Of a stretch of DNA of 64,000 nucleotides, positions 26,560 to 38,391 are shown one piece after another. The stretch's first letter is position 1. Each line of letters begins with the position of its first letter. Source of the DNA: Squalus acanthias (Eukaryota). The DNA is taken from assembly GCA_030390025.1 (NCBI GenBank), contig CM059433.1, forward strand, positions 1,178,001 through 1,242,000, read 5' to 3'. Under the pieces are notes generated by a model, which saw only the letters and a list, made by a program, of their open reading frames with translations, did not search any database and was not told where the DNA came from. A program made the position numbers and the translations under genes.

Positions 26560-26805
26560 CCGTCCTACCTCCAACCTCCCTTTCTTTTCCAAAGCCCTTG
26601 AACATGTTGTCACCTCTCAGATCCATGCTTATCGCTCGTCAACTCCCTGTTCGAATCTCTCCAATCAGGTTTCCGCCACATTCAGAGCAGCAAAACAGAA
26701 CTAAGCAAAGTCACAAATGATATTCTCTGCGACTGTGACCATGGTGCATTATCCTTCCTTGACCTCTCTGCTACCTTTGATATGATTCACCACACCATCT
26801 TCCTC
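26560..26805 (+). mobile_element. Decayed L2-clade RT fragment
   Basis: Frameshifted remnants resembling QSGFR..HS.E..L.KVTNDIL..D......LDLSATFD. Confidence 0.6.
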
Positions 26806-27206
26806 ATCTTCAATGTAAATAAAAATTAGGAGAGATGTAAAACTGGTTGCCGATTTACACTATCGCACAAAGTCAAAATTGCCCCCGATCTCCTTGCAGT
26901 CTGTGATGAGTTTGCTGATCACAGCCGATTCCTTGTATAGGCACAATAATTGGTCTTAGTGCTTCTAGGCTTCAGAGGAATGACATCCAGTGACACATGC
27001 CTAGATATGTATGTGTGCATGGACACTGGGTGATAAGAGAATTGGGCTTGGCTCCAATGACTGCCACAGTCAAATTCTAATTCTGTGAGCCAGGCAGGAG
27101 CCACACAAGAATGGCACCATGGTACAGTAACCCAGAATGAACCAATGGCTGCAGGACAGGAGGAAATGAAAGGGGAGAAAACTGGGGGAAATGAAAGAGC
27201 TAAATT

Positions 27207-28122
27207 ATACCAAATTGGGGGGGATAGTCAATACTGAGGAGGACTGCAACAAATTACAGGAGGACATTAATAAACTTGCAGAATGGGCAAATAATTGGCA
27301 AATGAAGTTCAACACAGATAAATGTGAAGTATTACATTTTGGTAGGAAGAATAGGGAGGTCACTTATCACTTGGAGGGTGCGAGTCGAGGTAGAGGAACA
27401 AAGGGCTCTCGGAGTACAAATACACAAATCACTAAAAGTTGCGCCACAGGTTAGCAAGGCCATAAAAAATGCAAACCAAGCACTAGGGTTTATTTCTAGA
27501 GGGATAGAATTGAATAGTAGGGAAGTTATGCTAAACCTGAATCGAACCTTGGTTAGACCACACTTGGAATACTGCGTGCAGTTCTGGTCACCATATTATA
27601 AAAAGGATATAGAGGCACTGGAGATGGTACAGAGAAGATTTACAAGGATGATACCAGAAATGCGAGGGTATACATATCAGGAAAGAATCAACAGATTGGG
27701 TCACTTTTCTCTTGAAAAAAGAAGGATGAGGGGTGACCTAATAGAGGTCTATAAATTATGAAAGGTTTTGATAGAGTGTATACAGAGAGAATGTTTCCAC
27801 TTGTGGGGAAGAGCAAAACTAGAGGCCATCAATATAAGATAGTCACCAAGAAATGCAATGGGGAATTCAAAAGAAACTACTTTACCCAGAGAGTGGTGAG
27901 AATGTGGAACTCGCTACCACAGGGAGTGGTTGAAGCGAATAGTATAGATGCATTTAAGGGGAGGCTGGACAAGCATATGAGGGAGAAGGGAATAGAGGAT
28001 TATGCTGATAGAGTTAGATGAGGAAAGATGGGAGGAGGCTCGAGTGGAGCATAAACGCCGGCATGGACTAGTTGGGCCGAATGGCCTGTTTCTGTGCCGT
28101 ATATCCTATGTAATCCGATGTA
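27207..28122 (+). mobile_element. CR1 LINE 3' portion, frameshifted
   Basis: TKLGGIVNTEEDC, KCEVLHFG, RPHLEYCVQFWSP, FTQRVVRMWNSLP in successive frames; 3' UTR with an ATCCTATGTA-type tail. Confidence 0.92.
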
Positions 28123-28414
28123 AAGTATCTGTGGAGGACTGCAGCTTTGAATACACAGGATTGATTCATCATCATTGAACTACTGATTTTAATTCAAAAG
28201 CAACAATGTACACTTGGAAATGTCAACATCAGCAGAAACTCTTCTCCATGATCCAGAAAGTGTAATCCACCAACACTGCCCAACAGTTAATCGCTCTTCA
28301 ATACAGCCACAAGCTGTGTCCATTACAAGAACACCTGAGGGCACTGCACAAAAGGTCATATCCAGGTTTAGCTAACTACTAATATGACTGTATATCATAT
28401 ATATATATATATAT

Positions 28415-29593
28415 CAGTAACTAGTGGTGTTCCACAGGGGTCAGTGCTGGGTCCCCAACTCTTTACAATCTATATTAACGATTTGGAGGAAGGGACCAAG
28501 TGTAACATATCAAAATTTGCAGATGATACAAAGATGGGAGGGAAAGTAGTGAGTGAGGAGGACATAAAAAACCTGCAAGGGGACATAGACAGGCTAAGTA
28601 AGTGGGCAGAGATTTGCCAGATGGAATACAACACTGGAAAGTGTGAGGTGATGCACTTTGGCAGGAAAAATCCTAGAGCAATTTATTATCTTAATGGCAA
28701 GAAACTGGAGAGTACTGAAGTGCAAAGGGATCTGGGGGTCCTGGTGCACGAAACTCAAAAGGTTAGTATGCAGGTGCAGCAAGTGATTAAGAAGGCAAAT
28801 GGAATGTTGGCTTTCATTGCTAGGGGGATAGAATATAAAAATAGGGAGGTATTGCTTCAGTTGTACAAGGTATTGGTGAGACCGCACCTGGAATACTGCA
28901 TACAGTTTTGGTGTCCTTACTTAAGGAAAGACATCCTTGCTCTCGAGGCAGTGCAAAAAAGGTACACTCGGTTAATCCCGGGGATGAGGGGGTGGTCTTA
29001 TGAGGAGAGGTTGGGTAGATTGGGACTCTATTCATTGGAGTTCAGAAGAATGAGAGGCGATCTTATTGAAACATATAAGATTGTGAAGGGGTTGGATCGG
29101 GTGGATGCGGGGAGGATGTTCCCGATGACGGGTGAGACTAGAACTAGGGGACATAGTCTTAGAATAAGGGGCTGCTCTTTCAAAACTGAGATGAGGAGGA
29201 ACTACTTCACTCAGAGGGTGGTAGGTCCATGGAATATGCTGCCACAAAAAGCTGTAGAAGCTACATCATTAAATAAATTTAAAACAGAAATAGACAGTTT
29301 CCTAGAAGTAAAGGGCATTAAGGGTTACGGGGAGCGGGCAGGAATTTGGACATGAGTCTAGGTTCGGATCGGTCATGGCCCTGTGGGTAGTGGAGCAGGC
29401 CCAGGGACCGTGTAGCCTGATTCTGCTCCTATTTCGTGTGTGCAATTCTGTTAGATGCAGGAGATGGTTCTGTGATAGATAGTAGATTGGCGGTTAGGAT
29501 CAGATCAGCCATGATCTTATTGAATGGCGGAGCAGGCTCGAGGGGCCGATTGGCCTACTCCTGCTCCTATTTCTTATGTTCTTATGTTCTTAT
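28415..29593 (+). mobile_element. CR1 LINE 3' portion, same subfamily as 17429-21328; open RT C-terminal frame to 29355
   Basis: [14 protein letters not shown]; doubled 3' UTR; (TTCTTATG)n tail; preceded by a (TA)n tract. Confidence 0.95.
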
Positions 29594-30125
29594 TGGCAGG
29601 ATAGGCGCACCAACGTCAGTGTTCTCGCTCAGGCCAACATCCCCAGCATCGAAGCTTTGACCACGCTCGATCAGCTCCGATGGACGGGTCACATCGTCCA
29701 CATGCCCAATACGAGACTCCCAAAACAAGCGCTCTACTCGGAGCTCCGACACGGCAAGAGAGCCCCAGGTGGGCAGAGGAAACGCTTCAAGGACACCCTC
29801 AAAGCCTCCTTGAAAGAGTGCAACATCCCCACCAACACCTGGGAATCCCTGGCCCAAGACCACACAAAGTGGAGGAGAAGCATCCAGGAAGGCGTCGAAC
29901 ACCTCAAGTCTCTTCGCCGGGAGCAAGCGGAAGCCAAGCGCAAGCAGCGCAAGGAGCGCACATCAACCCAAGCACCCCACCCACCCGCCCCTTCAACCAC
30001 CGTCTGCCCCACCTGTGACAGAGACTGTAGGTCCCGCATTAGACTCATCAGTCACCGGAGAACTCATTTTTAATGTGGAAGCAAGTCATCCTCGGTTCTG
30101 AGGGACTGCCTAAGAAGAAGAAGAA
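29594..30125 (+). mobile_element. RTE-clade LINE 3' end
   Basis: WQDRRTN..QLRWTGHIVHMP..RLPKQALYSEL..GGQRKRFKDTLK, C-terminal CxxC..HxxxH finger, (AAG)n tail. Confidence 0.85.
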
Positions 30126-30568
30126 TATGACTGTGCATGAGGAGATAATGAAATTAAATGAATATTCAGTTTTGGTCGTATGGGGTTGTGTACTTTACTT
30201 CTCTATGGTAGTGTTTCAAATCTGCTTTATTACTATTACTTGAGAAGTGCTTGAAAGTACTGTATTTATATGAAACCAATAACATTGATCCACTTTCATT
30301 GCAGGTTGCCCTCTTATCAGCTAGCCCTGTTTTCCAGATAGTGGTTCTTGCTTCCTCGACGTTATACTTTGGCACTACATGTTATTTTAAGAGTTATTTA
30401 CCACATTTATATCTCAATATCAATGTCATTTCAAAAAGATGGTTCTTCAGAGTGAATATTGTACAGACAAGTAGAGGGAGAGATGATTGAATTATGTATA
30501 AAACACAATGGCCCCAGTGCACTGGGATACTGGAATTGGCATCTGCGGAAAGATGTTCAGAGTTGATT

Positions 30569-32014
30569 AACATAAGAACATAAAAAACAAGAGCAGGAGT
30601 CGGCCACACGGCCCCTCGAGCCTGCTCCGCCATTCAATAAGATCATGACTGATCATCGACCTCAACTCCACTTTCCCGCCCGATCTCCATATCGCTTGAT
30701 TCCCCTAGAGTCCAAAAATCTATCTATCTCAGCCTTGAATATACTCAACGACTTTGCATTCACAGCCATCTGGGGCAGAGAATTCCAAAGATTCACAACC
30801 CTCTGAGTGAAGAAATTCCTCCTCATCTCAGTCTTAAATGGCCGACCCCTTATCCTGAGACTGTGACCCCTGGTTCTAGACTCTCCAGCCAGGGGAAACA
30901 ACCTCTCAGCATCTACCCTGTCAATCCCCTTCAGAATCTTGTATGTTTCAATGAGATCAACTCTCATTCTTCTAAACTCCAGAGAGTATAGGCCCATTCT
31001 ATACAATCTCTCATCATAGGACAGCCCTCTCATCCCAGGAATCAATCTAGTGAACCTTTATTGCACCGCCTCCAAGGCAAGTATATCCTTCCTTAGATAA
31101 GGAGACCAAAACTGTGCACAGTACTCCAGGTGTGGTCTCACCAAGGCCCTGTACAATTGTAGCAAGATTTCCTTACTCTTATACTCCAACCCCCTTGCAA
31201 TAAAGGCCAACATGCCATTTACCTTCCTTATTGCTTGCTGTACCTGCATGCTAGCTTTCTGTGTTTCTTGCATGAGGACACCCAAATCTCTCTGAATACC
31301 AACATTTGAAAGTTTCTCACTATTTAAAAAATATTCTGTTTTTCTATTCTTCCTACTAAAGTGAATAACCTCACATTTCCCTACATTATACTCTATCTGC
31401 CGCCTTACTGCCCACTCACTTAGTCTATCTATATCCCTTTGCAGACTGTGTTCTCCTCACAGCTTACTGTCCCACCTAGCTTTGTATCATCAGCAAACTT
31501 GGATACATTACACTCAGTCCCTTCATCTAAGTCATTAATATAGATTGTAAATAGCTGAGGCCCCAACACTGATCCTTGCGGCACCCCACTAGTTACAGCC
31601 TGCCAACCTGAAAAGACCCGTTTATCCCTACTCTCTGTTTTCTGTCTGTTAACCAATCCTCTATCCATGCTACTATATTACCCCCAACCCCATGAGCCCT
31701 AATCTTGTGTAATAACCTTTTATGTGGAACCTTATCGAATGCCTTTTGGAAATCCAAATATATTACATCCACTGGTTCCCCTTTATCTACCCTGCTAGTT
31801 ACATCCTCAAAAAACTCTAATAAATTTGTCAAACACGATTTCCCGTTCATAAAACCATGTTGACTCTGCATAATCATGTTATGATTTTCTAAGTGCCCTG
31901 TTACCACTTCCTTAACAAAGGATTCCAGCATTTTCCTGACGACTGATGTCAGGCTAACTGGCCCGTAGTTTCCTGTTTTTTCTCTCCCTCCTTTCTTGAA
32001 TAGCCGTATTACAT
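30569..32014 (-). mobile_element. CR1 LINE RT/3' portion, disrupted
   Basis: Minus-strand [33 protein letters not shown]; the tail reads AACATAAGAACATAA on the plus strand. Confidence 0.94.
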
Positions 32015-32487
32015 GGTGTTATGGTGTTAATGTAGCTGTAAGGTAAGAATGATATTCTGGTGTTTTACTCAAATACTTTAAAGATCAGGAAGAAATGTCG
32101 CTGAGCTTTTGCTCAGGATATAAATGAATTTTGTAGAGCCCACAATGGATTGGCTTGTACACAGTCTCCTGAGAGAATATGCATTATGGGGCAATGGACG
32201 TTCTTGGCCCTTGCATTCATATGTTATAAAAGGGCTGATTCCTCGATCGCTAGGAAAATAGCCCAGAGATCATAATACTTGCCCACGCTCACACGCTGGA
32301 AGAGTGGTGACCGAACCACCAGATTTAGCAAGGTCAGCTAATTTAAGTGAAAGTCCTGTCAATTAATGCTTGCCACACCAGTCTACCTGGCCGCATATCA
32401 GCCTCACCCATTTCTCCATTCTCCGCCTCTGGCAAGGCTAAGGGCTAACCTTCCTGGTCCTCTGGCTGAAGGGGCTCTTCTTTCTGA

Positions 32488-32568
32488 ATTATGCAGGATA
32501 CAGCAGATGCTGATAATTTGTGACACCTTCTCAGGGCTGTAGAACAGAACACCAGCTGATATGTCTAA
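32488..32568 (-). pseudogene. PIF/Harbinger (HARBI1-like) transposase remnant
   Basis: LDISAGVLFYSPEKVSQIISICCILHN resembles the C-terminal LD..GG.L.Y.PEK...II.ACC.LHN motif of Harbinger DDE transposases. Confidence 0.65.
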
Positions 32569-32712
32569 TTGTACGTTGAATTTGTGTTGAGCCATAAGCC
32601 TCATCGTATTTCCTATTGTTCTTTATTCAGAATTTCCTCACTGGTGTTAATCAGTATGACAAGGCAATAAAATCCAACTTTCAAAATAAAACACAATGCC
32701 AACTTTAAGATC

Positions 32713-32923
32713 CATGATGCGGAGATGCCGGTGTTGGACTGGGGTGGACAAATGTGAGAAGTCGCACAACACCAGGTTATAGTCCAACAGTTTTATTTGA
32801 AATCACAAGCTTTCGGAGCGCTGCTCCTTCGTCAGGTGAAGTCCTGACGAAGGAGCAGCGCTCCCGAAAGCTTGTGATTTCAAATAAAACTGTTGGACTA
32901 TAACCTGGTGTTGTGCGACTTCT
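32713..32923. mobile_element. Non-coding palindromic Penelope-type mini-element
   Basis: Inverted arms 32755-32836 / 32843-32925, unpaired tail of about 42 nt on the left, 13-bp TSD CAACTTTAAGATC (32700-32712, 32924-32936); homologous to the termini of 39965-42279. Confidence 0.92.
32803..32839 (-). ncRNA. Minimal type I hammerhead ribozyme motif
   Basis: UCAC-CUGACGA-A-GGAGC agc GCUCC-GAAA-GCUU-GUGA: conserved core, stems I and II, palindromic AGCU stem III. Confidence 0.8.
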
Positions 32924-33005
32924 CAACTTTAAGATCAGAATGAAAGCCAAACAAGTGCCTGTTTTATACAGGTGAGCAAAAAATGAACAGTCCAGAAAAC
33001 ACAAA

Positions 33006-33124
33006 GGGAGTAATTTTGACTTTGGTCAATAGTGTAAAATGGGCGGTATTGGATCAGCCACCAGTGAAATGTCTCTCCTGAATTTCGCCCATTTTACACT
33101 ATTGACCAAAGTCAAAATTACCCA
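33006..33124. mobile_element. Hairpin mini-MITE of about 120 bp
   Basis: Perfect 36-bp inverted repeat 33010-33045 / 33086-33121 with a 40-nt spacer. Confidence 0.8.
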
Positions 33125-33577
33125 CACGGACTTGATCATGGAGCCAATTAAGCTTAATTTGGAGGAGGAGAATGAAGGGGAGGTTGATGAGACCGATCTG
33201 CGGCCAGGGAGACAGGTGTTCCAATTATTGATGGCCAATGAATGCCGGCCTTGCCTGTGACGCCCACATTCTGAGAATGAATTTGTATAATGAAGCCCAT
33301 GAGCACCTTCAGCACACTTCCAAGCAACATAAAAATGTTACAATTGCGGAATCAGGAGGACAACATAACCAGCATTTGGGCCGAGCCAGCTGATTCCATG
33401 ATACACATGGATTGAATTCACTCCTTGAGTGCACCTTTGGGGATTTGCCAGATGACTGGGAAGGTACAACGCTCTTCAGGGATTCAGATTATGTTCTCAA
33501 CCTTGATAATGAAGCTTGAATTACGTTTAATGCCTTTCAGCCCCTGAGAGTGTTACAGCTGTAACATATCTATCTGA

Positions 33578-34010
33578 CTTGGCCCGGCGGTACCAGTCTC
33601 ACCTCTGAGTCAGAGGTTGTGATCTCAAGCCCCATTCCAGAGACTTGAGCACATAATCAAGGCTAACATTTCAATACACTACTGAGGGAGTACCGCACTG
33701 TAGGAGGCACCGTTCTTCAGATGAGATGTTAAATGAAGGCCCTGTTTGCTCTTTCATATGGATATAAAAGATCCCAGAGTTTATTTGAAGAGCTGGGAAT
33801 TTCTCCCAATATTTATCCCTCAACCAATACCACATCTGGTCATTTATCTCAGTAATGTTTGTGGGGGCTTGCTGTGCACAAATTGGCTGCCATGTTTTCC
33901 TACATTACAACAGTGACTATACTTCAAAAGTACTTCATTGTCTGTGAAACTCTTTGGGACATCTTGAGGTCATGAAAGGCGCTATATAAATACAAGTTCT
34001 TTCTTCTTTC
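33578..34010 (+). mobile_element. Older, diverged DeuSINE copy
   Basis: CCTCTGAGTCAGAGGTTGTG..CCAGAGACTTGAGCAC head, AAAAGATCCC core, GGCGCTATATAAATACAAGTTCTTTC tail. Confidence 0.82.
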
Positions 34011-34117
34011 TATCTGGACATTCAAGTAGCTAAGAGGAAACAATGGGTAAGTGGCACTGTGGCCCAGTGACGCTCCTGTCCATTGCATCAGTGCCTTCCT
34101 TATTTCAGTGATACATT

Positions 34118-35015
34118 GGGGAGAACTTTAACCCCCAAAAACAAGTGGGTTTGGGTCAGGTGGGATGGTAAAATGTAAAAGAAATTTCAAACCTGAACCC
34201 AAGCCGCCTCGAACCCGCCCACTTCCAGTTTTAATGGAGGTGTGATGGGAGGCGGGCAACCAACCCGCTCGCAGGAGGCGGGTTGCTCATTTAAATATTT
34301 TAATGAGGCTGCGTGCCTCAGATGGGACCTCCATTTTAAATTTAACCCTGACCGGCCGGGATTCCCGGGCCTCAGGAAACCCGGCAGCTAAAGGGAGGTG
34401 AGGACTGCTGTGTGGAATCCTTTCCAGCACTGCTTGTGGGCCAGGAGGAGCAGGAGTGTTTCCCCCTACCCCTGCCATCAAATCTTCCCCCCAAGCCACG
34501 ATGTCCCGCCGAGCCACCATCTCCCCGACACAAGCCTTCACTCTCCCCCCCCACCTCCGACCTCTGAATTCCCCGACACCAGCCCCTGATCTCCCATCCA
34601 CCCCCGCGCCCCCCCCCCCCACAACGCGGCCTCCGATCTCACCCCCACCCGGCCACCCAATCTCTTCCCCCAACCCGGCCCTTCTGATCTCCCTGACTCC
34701 GGCTCCCGATCTTCCCCCCCACCCCGGCCTCCGATCTCCTCTCTCCGGCCTCCGATCTCACTCAGCCCCCCCACCCCCCCCACGGCCTTTCCAATCCCTT
34801 CCTCCCTCTCCCCCGCTCCCCGGCTGCTACTCACCTGACAGTCAGCCTCTCAATCTGGCCGACTGCGGCCAGGAAACGGAAACAGAAAATGTTAATCAGG
34901 TCCTGCCATTAGGTTTGGCAGGATTTGAAGGAAACCTGTTCTTCCGGGTTTCCCGAACGCAAAACAGCCCCCCCCACCCCCGCTCCCTCCCTGCCTCCCC
35001 GTAAATATCAGGGCC
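34118..35015. mobile_element. MITE-like element with a C-rich internal tandem of CCGATCT-type motifs
   Basis: GG..A(C/T)TT-type ends like neighbouring MITEs but a poor TIR match; pyrimidine-rich decayed repeat at about 34480-34820. Confidence 0.5.
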
Positions 35016-35390
35016 TTTGTGTAGAGGGTGACGTTAGACAGCGGATCAACCTGGTTTGCTCTCAAGTGCTTCCTAGTGGCCAGTCACAGAGCAGTGCTGC
35101 GAGCTACTCCCTTGAGGCCAAGAGCGGGAAAGGGAAAGAAACAGTAAAGTGAAGGTTTTCCTGCCCCCGCCCCATTCCTCCCTAAATCCCGGGACCTTAC
35201 AAAAGGGGCAAATACCAGGAAAACAGGGCCATTGCCCCTTTTTCCTGACCTTTACAACCTAATTGAATTATAATTTCAAATCCCTCCAAGGCCTCGCCCC
35301 TCCCTATCTCTGTAATCTCCTTCAGCCCCACAACCCCCCGAGATATCTGCGCTCCTCTAATTCTGCCCCATTGAGCATCCCTGATTATAA

Positions 35391-37335
35391 CTCAGCAGAG
35401 GAGGACGAAGGGTTTGATTAGGGCAGGGAAAATAAAATATGAAAGGAAGCTTGCGGAGAACATTAAAACGGACTGCAAAAGCTTCTATAAATATGTAAAA
35501 AGAAAGAGGCTAGTAAAAACAAACGTAGGTCCCCTGCAGTCAGAAACAGGGGAAGTCATAATGGGGAACAAAGAAATGGCAGATCAATTGAACAAGTACT
35601 TTGGTTCGGTGTTTACTGTGGAGGACACAAACAACCTTCCGGAAATAAAAGAGATCAAAGGATCTGGTAAGAGGGAGGAGCTGAGGGAAATCCTTATCAG
35701 TCGGGAAAAGGTGTTGGGGAAATTGATGGGACTGAAGGCTGATAAATCCCCAGGGCCTGATGGTCTGCATCCCAGAGTACTGAAGGAGGTGGCCTTGGAA
35801 ATAGTGGATGCGTTGACGATCATTTTCCAACATTCCTTAGACTCTGGATCAGTTCCGAAGGAGTGGAGGGTGGCTAATGTAACCCCTCTTTTTAAAAAAG
35901 GAGGGAGGGAGAAAGCAGGGAATTATAGACCGGTCAGCCTGACATCGGTCGTGGGTAAAATGATGGAATCAATTATTAAAGATGTCATAACAGACCATTT
36001 GGAAAGTGGCGACATGATAGGTCCAAGTCAGCATGGATTTGTGAAAGGGAAATCATGCTTGACAAATCTTCTGGAATTTTTTGAGGATGTTTCCAATAGG
36101 GTGGATGGGGGGGAACCAGTAGATGTGGTGTATTTGGACTTTCAGAAGGCCTTCGACAAGGTCCCACACAAGAGATTGGTGTGCAAAGTTAAAGCACATG
36201 GGATTGGGGGTAATGTGTTGACGTGGATTGAGAACTGGTTGGCACACGGGAAACAAAGAGTAGGAGTAAATGGGTACTTTTCAGAATGGCAGGCAGTGAC
36301 CAGTGGGGTACCGCAGGGTTCGGTGCTGGGGCCCCAGCTGTTTACATTATATATTAATGATTTGGACGAAGGGATTAATTGTAATATCTCCAAATTTGCG
36401 GATGACACTAAATTGGGAGGCAGTGTGAACAATGAGGAGGATGCTAGGAGGCTACAGAGTGACTTGGACAGGTTGGGTGAATGGGCAAATGTATGGCAGA
36501 TGAAGTACAATGTGGATAAATGTGAGGTTATCCACTTTGGTGGTAAAAATAGAGAGGCAGACTATTACCTGAATGGTGGCAGATTAGGGAAAGGGGAGGT
36601 ACAACGAGACCTGGGCGTCATGGTACATCAGTCACTGAAGGTGGGAAGGCAAGTGCAGCAGGCAGTCAAGAAAGCAAATGGCATGATGGCCTTCATAGCA
36701 AGGGGATTTGAGTACAGGAGTAGGGAGGTGATGCTACAGTTGAACAGGGCCTTGGTGAGGCCACACCTGGAGTATTGTGTGCAGTTTTGGTCTCCTAACT
36801 TGAGGAAGGACATTCTTGCTATTGAGGGAGTGCAACGAAGGTTCACTAGATTGATTCCTGGGATGGCCAGACTGACATATCAAGAAAGACTGGATCAACT
36901 GAACTTGTATCCTCTGGAGTTCAGAAGAATGAGGGGGGATCTTATAGAGACGTTTAAAATCCTGACTGGTTTAGACAAATTAGATGCGGGCAGAATGTTT
37001 CCAATGTTAGGGAAAACTAAAACCAGGGGTCACAGTCTAAGGATAAAGGGGAAGCCATTTAAGACTGAGATGAGGAGGAACTTCTTCACCCAGAGAGTGG
37101 TGAATCTGTGGAATTCTCTACCACAGAAGGTTGTTGAGGCCAGTTCGCTAAATATATTCAAAAGGGAGTTAGATATAATACTCACAACTAGGGGGATCAA
37201 GGGGTATGGCGAGAAAGCAGGAATGGGGTACTGAGGTAGCATGTTCAGCCATGAACGCATTGAATGGCGGTGCAGGCTCGAAGGACCGAATGGTCTACTC
37301 CTGCACCTATTTTCTATGTTTCTATGTTTCTATGT
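35391..37335 (+). mobile_element. Young 5'-truncated CR1 LINE
   Basis: Uninterrupted RT frame, (TTTCTATG)3 tail, TAA duplicated at the junctions. Confidence 0.96.
35414..37234 (+). CDS. CR1 ORF2 reverse transcriptase and C-terminus (606 aa, endonuclease lost by truncation)
   Basis: [41 protein letters not shown] motifs in one frame. Confidence 0.9.
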   Translation: MIRAGKIKYERKLAENIKTDCKSFYKYVKRKRLVKTNVGPLQSETGEVIMGNKEMADQLNKYFGSVFTVEDTNNLPEIKEIKGSGKREELREILISREKVLGKLMGLKADKSPGPDGLHPRVLKEVALEIVDALTIIFQHSLDSGSVPKEWRVANVTPLFKKGGREKAGNYRPVSLTSVVGKMMESIIKDVITDHLESGDMIGPSQHGFVKGKSCLTNLLEFFEDVSNRVDGGEPVDVVYLDFQKAFDKVPHKRLVCKVKAHGIGGNVLTWIENWLAHGKQRVGVNGYFSEWQAVTSGVPQGSVLGPQLFTLYINDLDEGINCNISKFADDTKLGGSVNNEEDARRLQSDLDRLGEWANVWQMKYNVDKCEVIHFGGKNREADYYLNGGRLGKGEVQRDLGVMVHQSLKVGRQVQQAVKKANGMMAFIARGFEYRSREVMLQLNRALVRPHLEYCVQFWSPNLRKDILAIEGVQRRFTRLIPGMARLTYQERLDQLNLYPLEFRRMRGDLIETFKILTGLDKLDAGRMFPMLGKTKTRGHSLRIKGKPFKTEMRRNFFTQRVVNLWNSLPQKVVEASSLNIFKRELDIILTTRGIKGYGEKAGMGY

Positions 37336-38391
37336 TAATCACTCAAACTTTGGTGGCCGTGCCTTCTGCTGCCTAGGCCCTCAGCTCTGGAATTCCCTGC
37401 CTAAACCTCTCCGTCTCGCTACCTCTCTTTCCTCCTTTAAGACGCTCCTTAAAACCTACCTCTTTGACCAAGCTTTTTGGTCACCTGCCCTAATTTATCC
37501 TTATGTGGCTCGGTGTCAAATTTTTTTGTCTTAAAATATTCCTGTGAAGCGCCTTGGGACGTTTTACTACATTAAAGGCGCTACATAAATATAAGTTGTT
37601 GTTGTTGTTGTTATAAATAAGATTATTGAAAACATTTAGGCTTGGTAAATTGTTATGACAAAATATTACAGCAGATTTCCCATGGCATTCTTCGTGATAA
37701 ATCAGAGAATACACTGTTTTATACTGACAGGAGTATTGTGCCATGGCATGTATTATTCTGCTGCTATGGGTGGAGCTGTGTCTGAACTGGCTGTTGGGTC
37801 AATCAGCATCTCATTGTTGTTTGGGGAGGGAAGTTTACAGATGGAAAGAACCTTATAAAGTTCTGGCTCCGGAATAGAAAAAATGAAATAACTGCCTTTC
37901 TCTTTTATTAAATACTTTAAGCATTTTGAAGTGTGATATCTGAAATGTGTCGGACACTCTCAAAATGTTTATTAATGGTTTCGGGCTGTGGTTCTCCCCA
38001 TTCTATCCCACTCAAAACCAGGTGAGATTGCGGCGGAGAATGATGGGAAGTCCGGGCAGTGAGGTCTATTGCTGACTCACCGCCTCCGCCTGGATTGAAC
38101 CTCCTCCCACCCCCGTCACAAGTCGGCTCCTTCCTCACCTGCCATGTGCCACTGGTGATGGAGCAGCACAGGCCTACACGGCTGTGGTCGCGGATCTTTG
38201 GGGTGCTTTTACCCCTTTGACGGCCACAGGAAACACCTGGCCTGGGCGTTCCTCTCCCTGGCTCTGCTCCCTCTAGCGGAGAAAGGCATGTTTGGGCGGG
38301 GGGGGACGGACGACTGTTCCCCCCAAACAAGGCCCCATGGAAACCTGGCACAGAGGTTGGGACCCGACTTATCCAGATTCCGGCCTAATTT

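Larger units (their letters stand above)
35274..37612 (+). mobile_element. L2-clade LINE 3' end (35274-35390 + 37336-37612) split by a CR1 insertion
   Basis: The two halves join into the sequence seen intact at 55238-55727 (minus strand); (GTT)n tail. Confidence 0.88.

Noticed and set aside
34287..35004. Proline-rich and glycine-rich ORFs
   Set aside because: Translation of a C-rich decayed repeat inside a MITE-like element.
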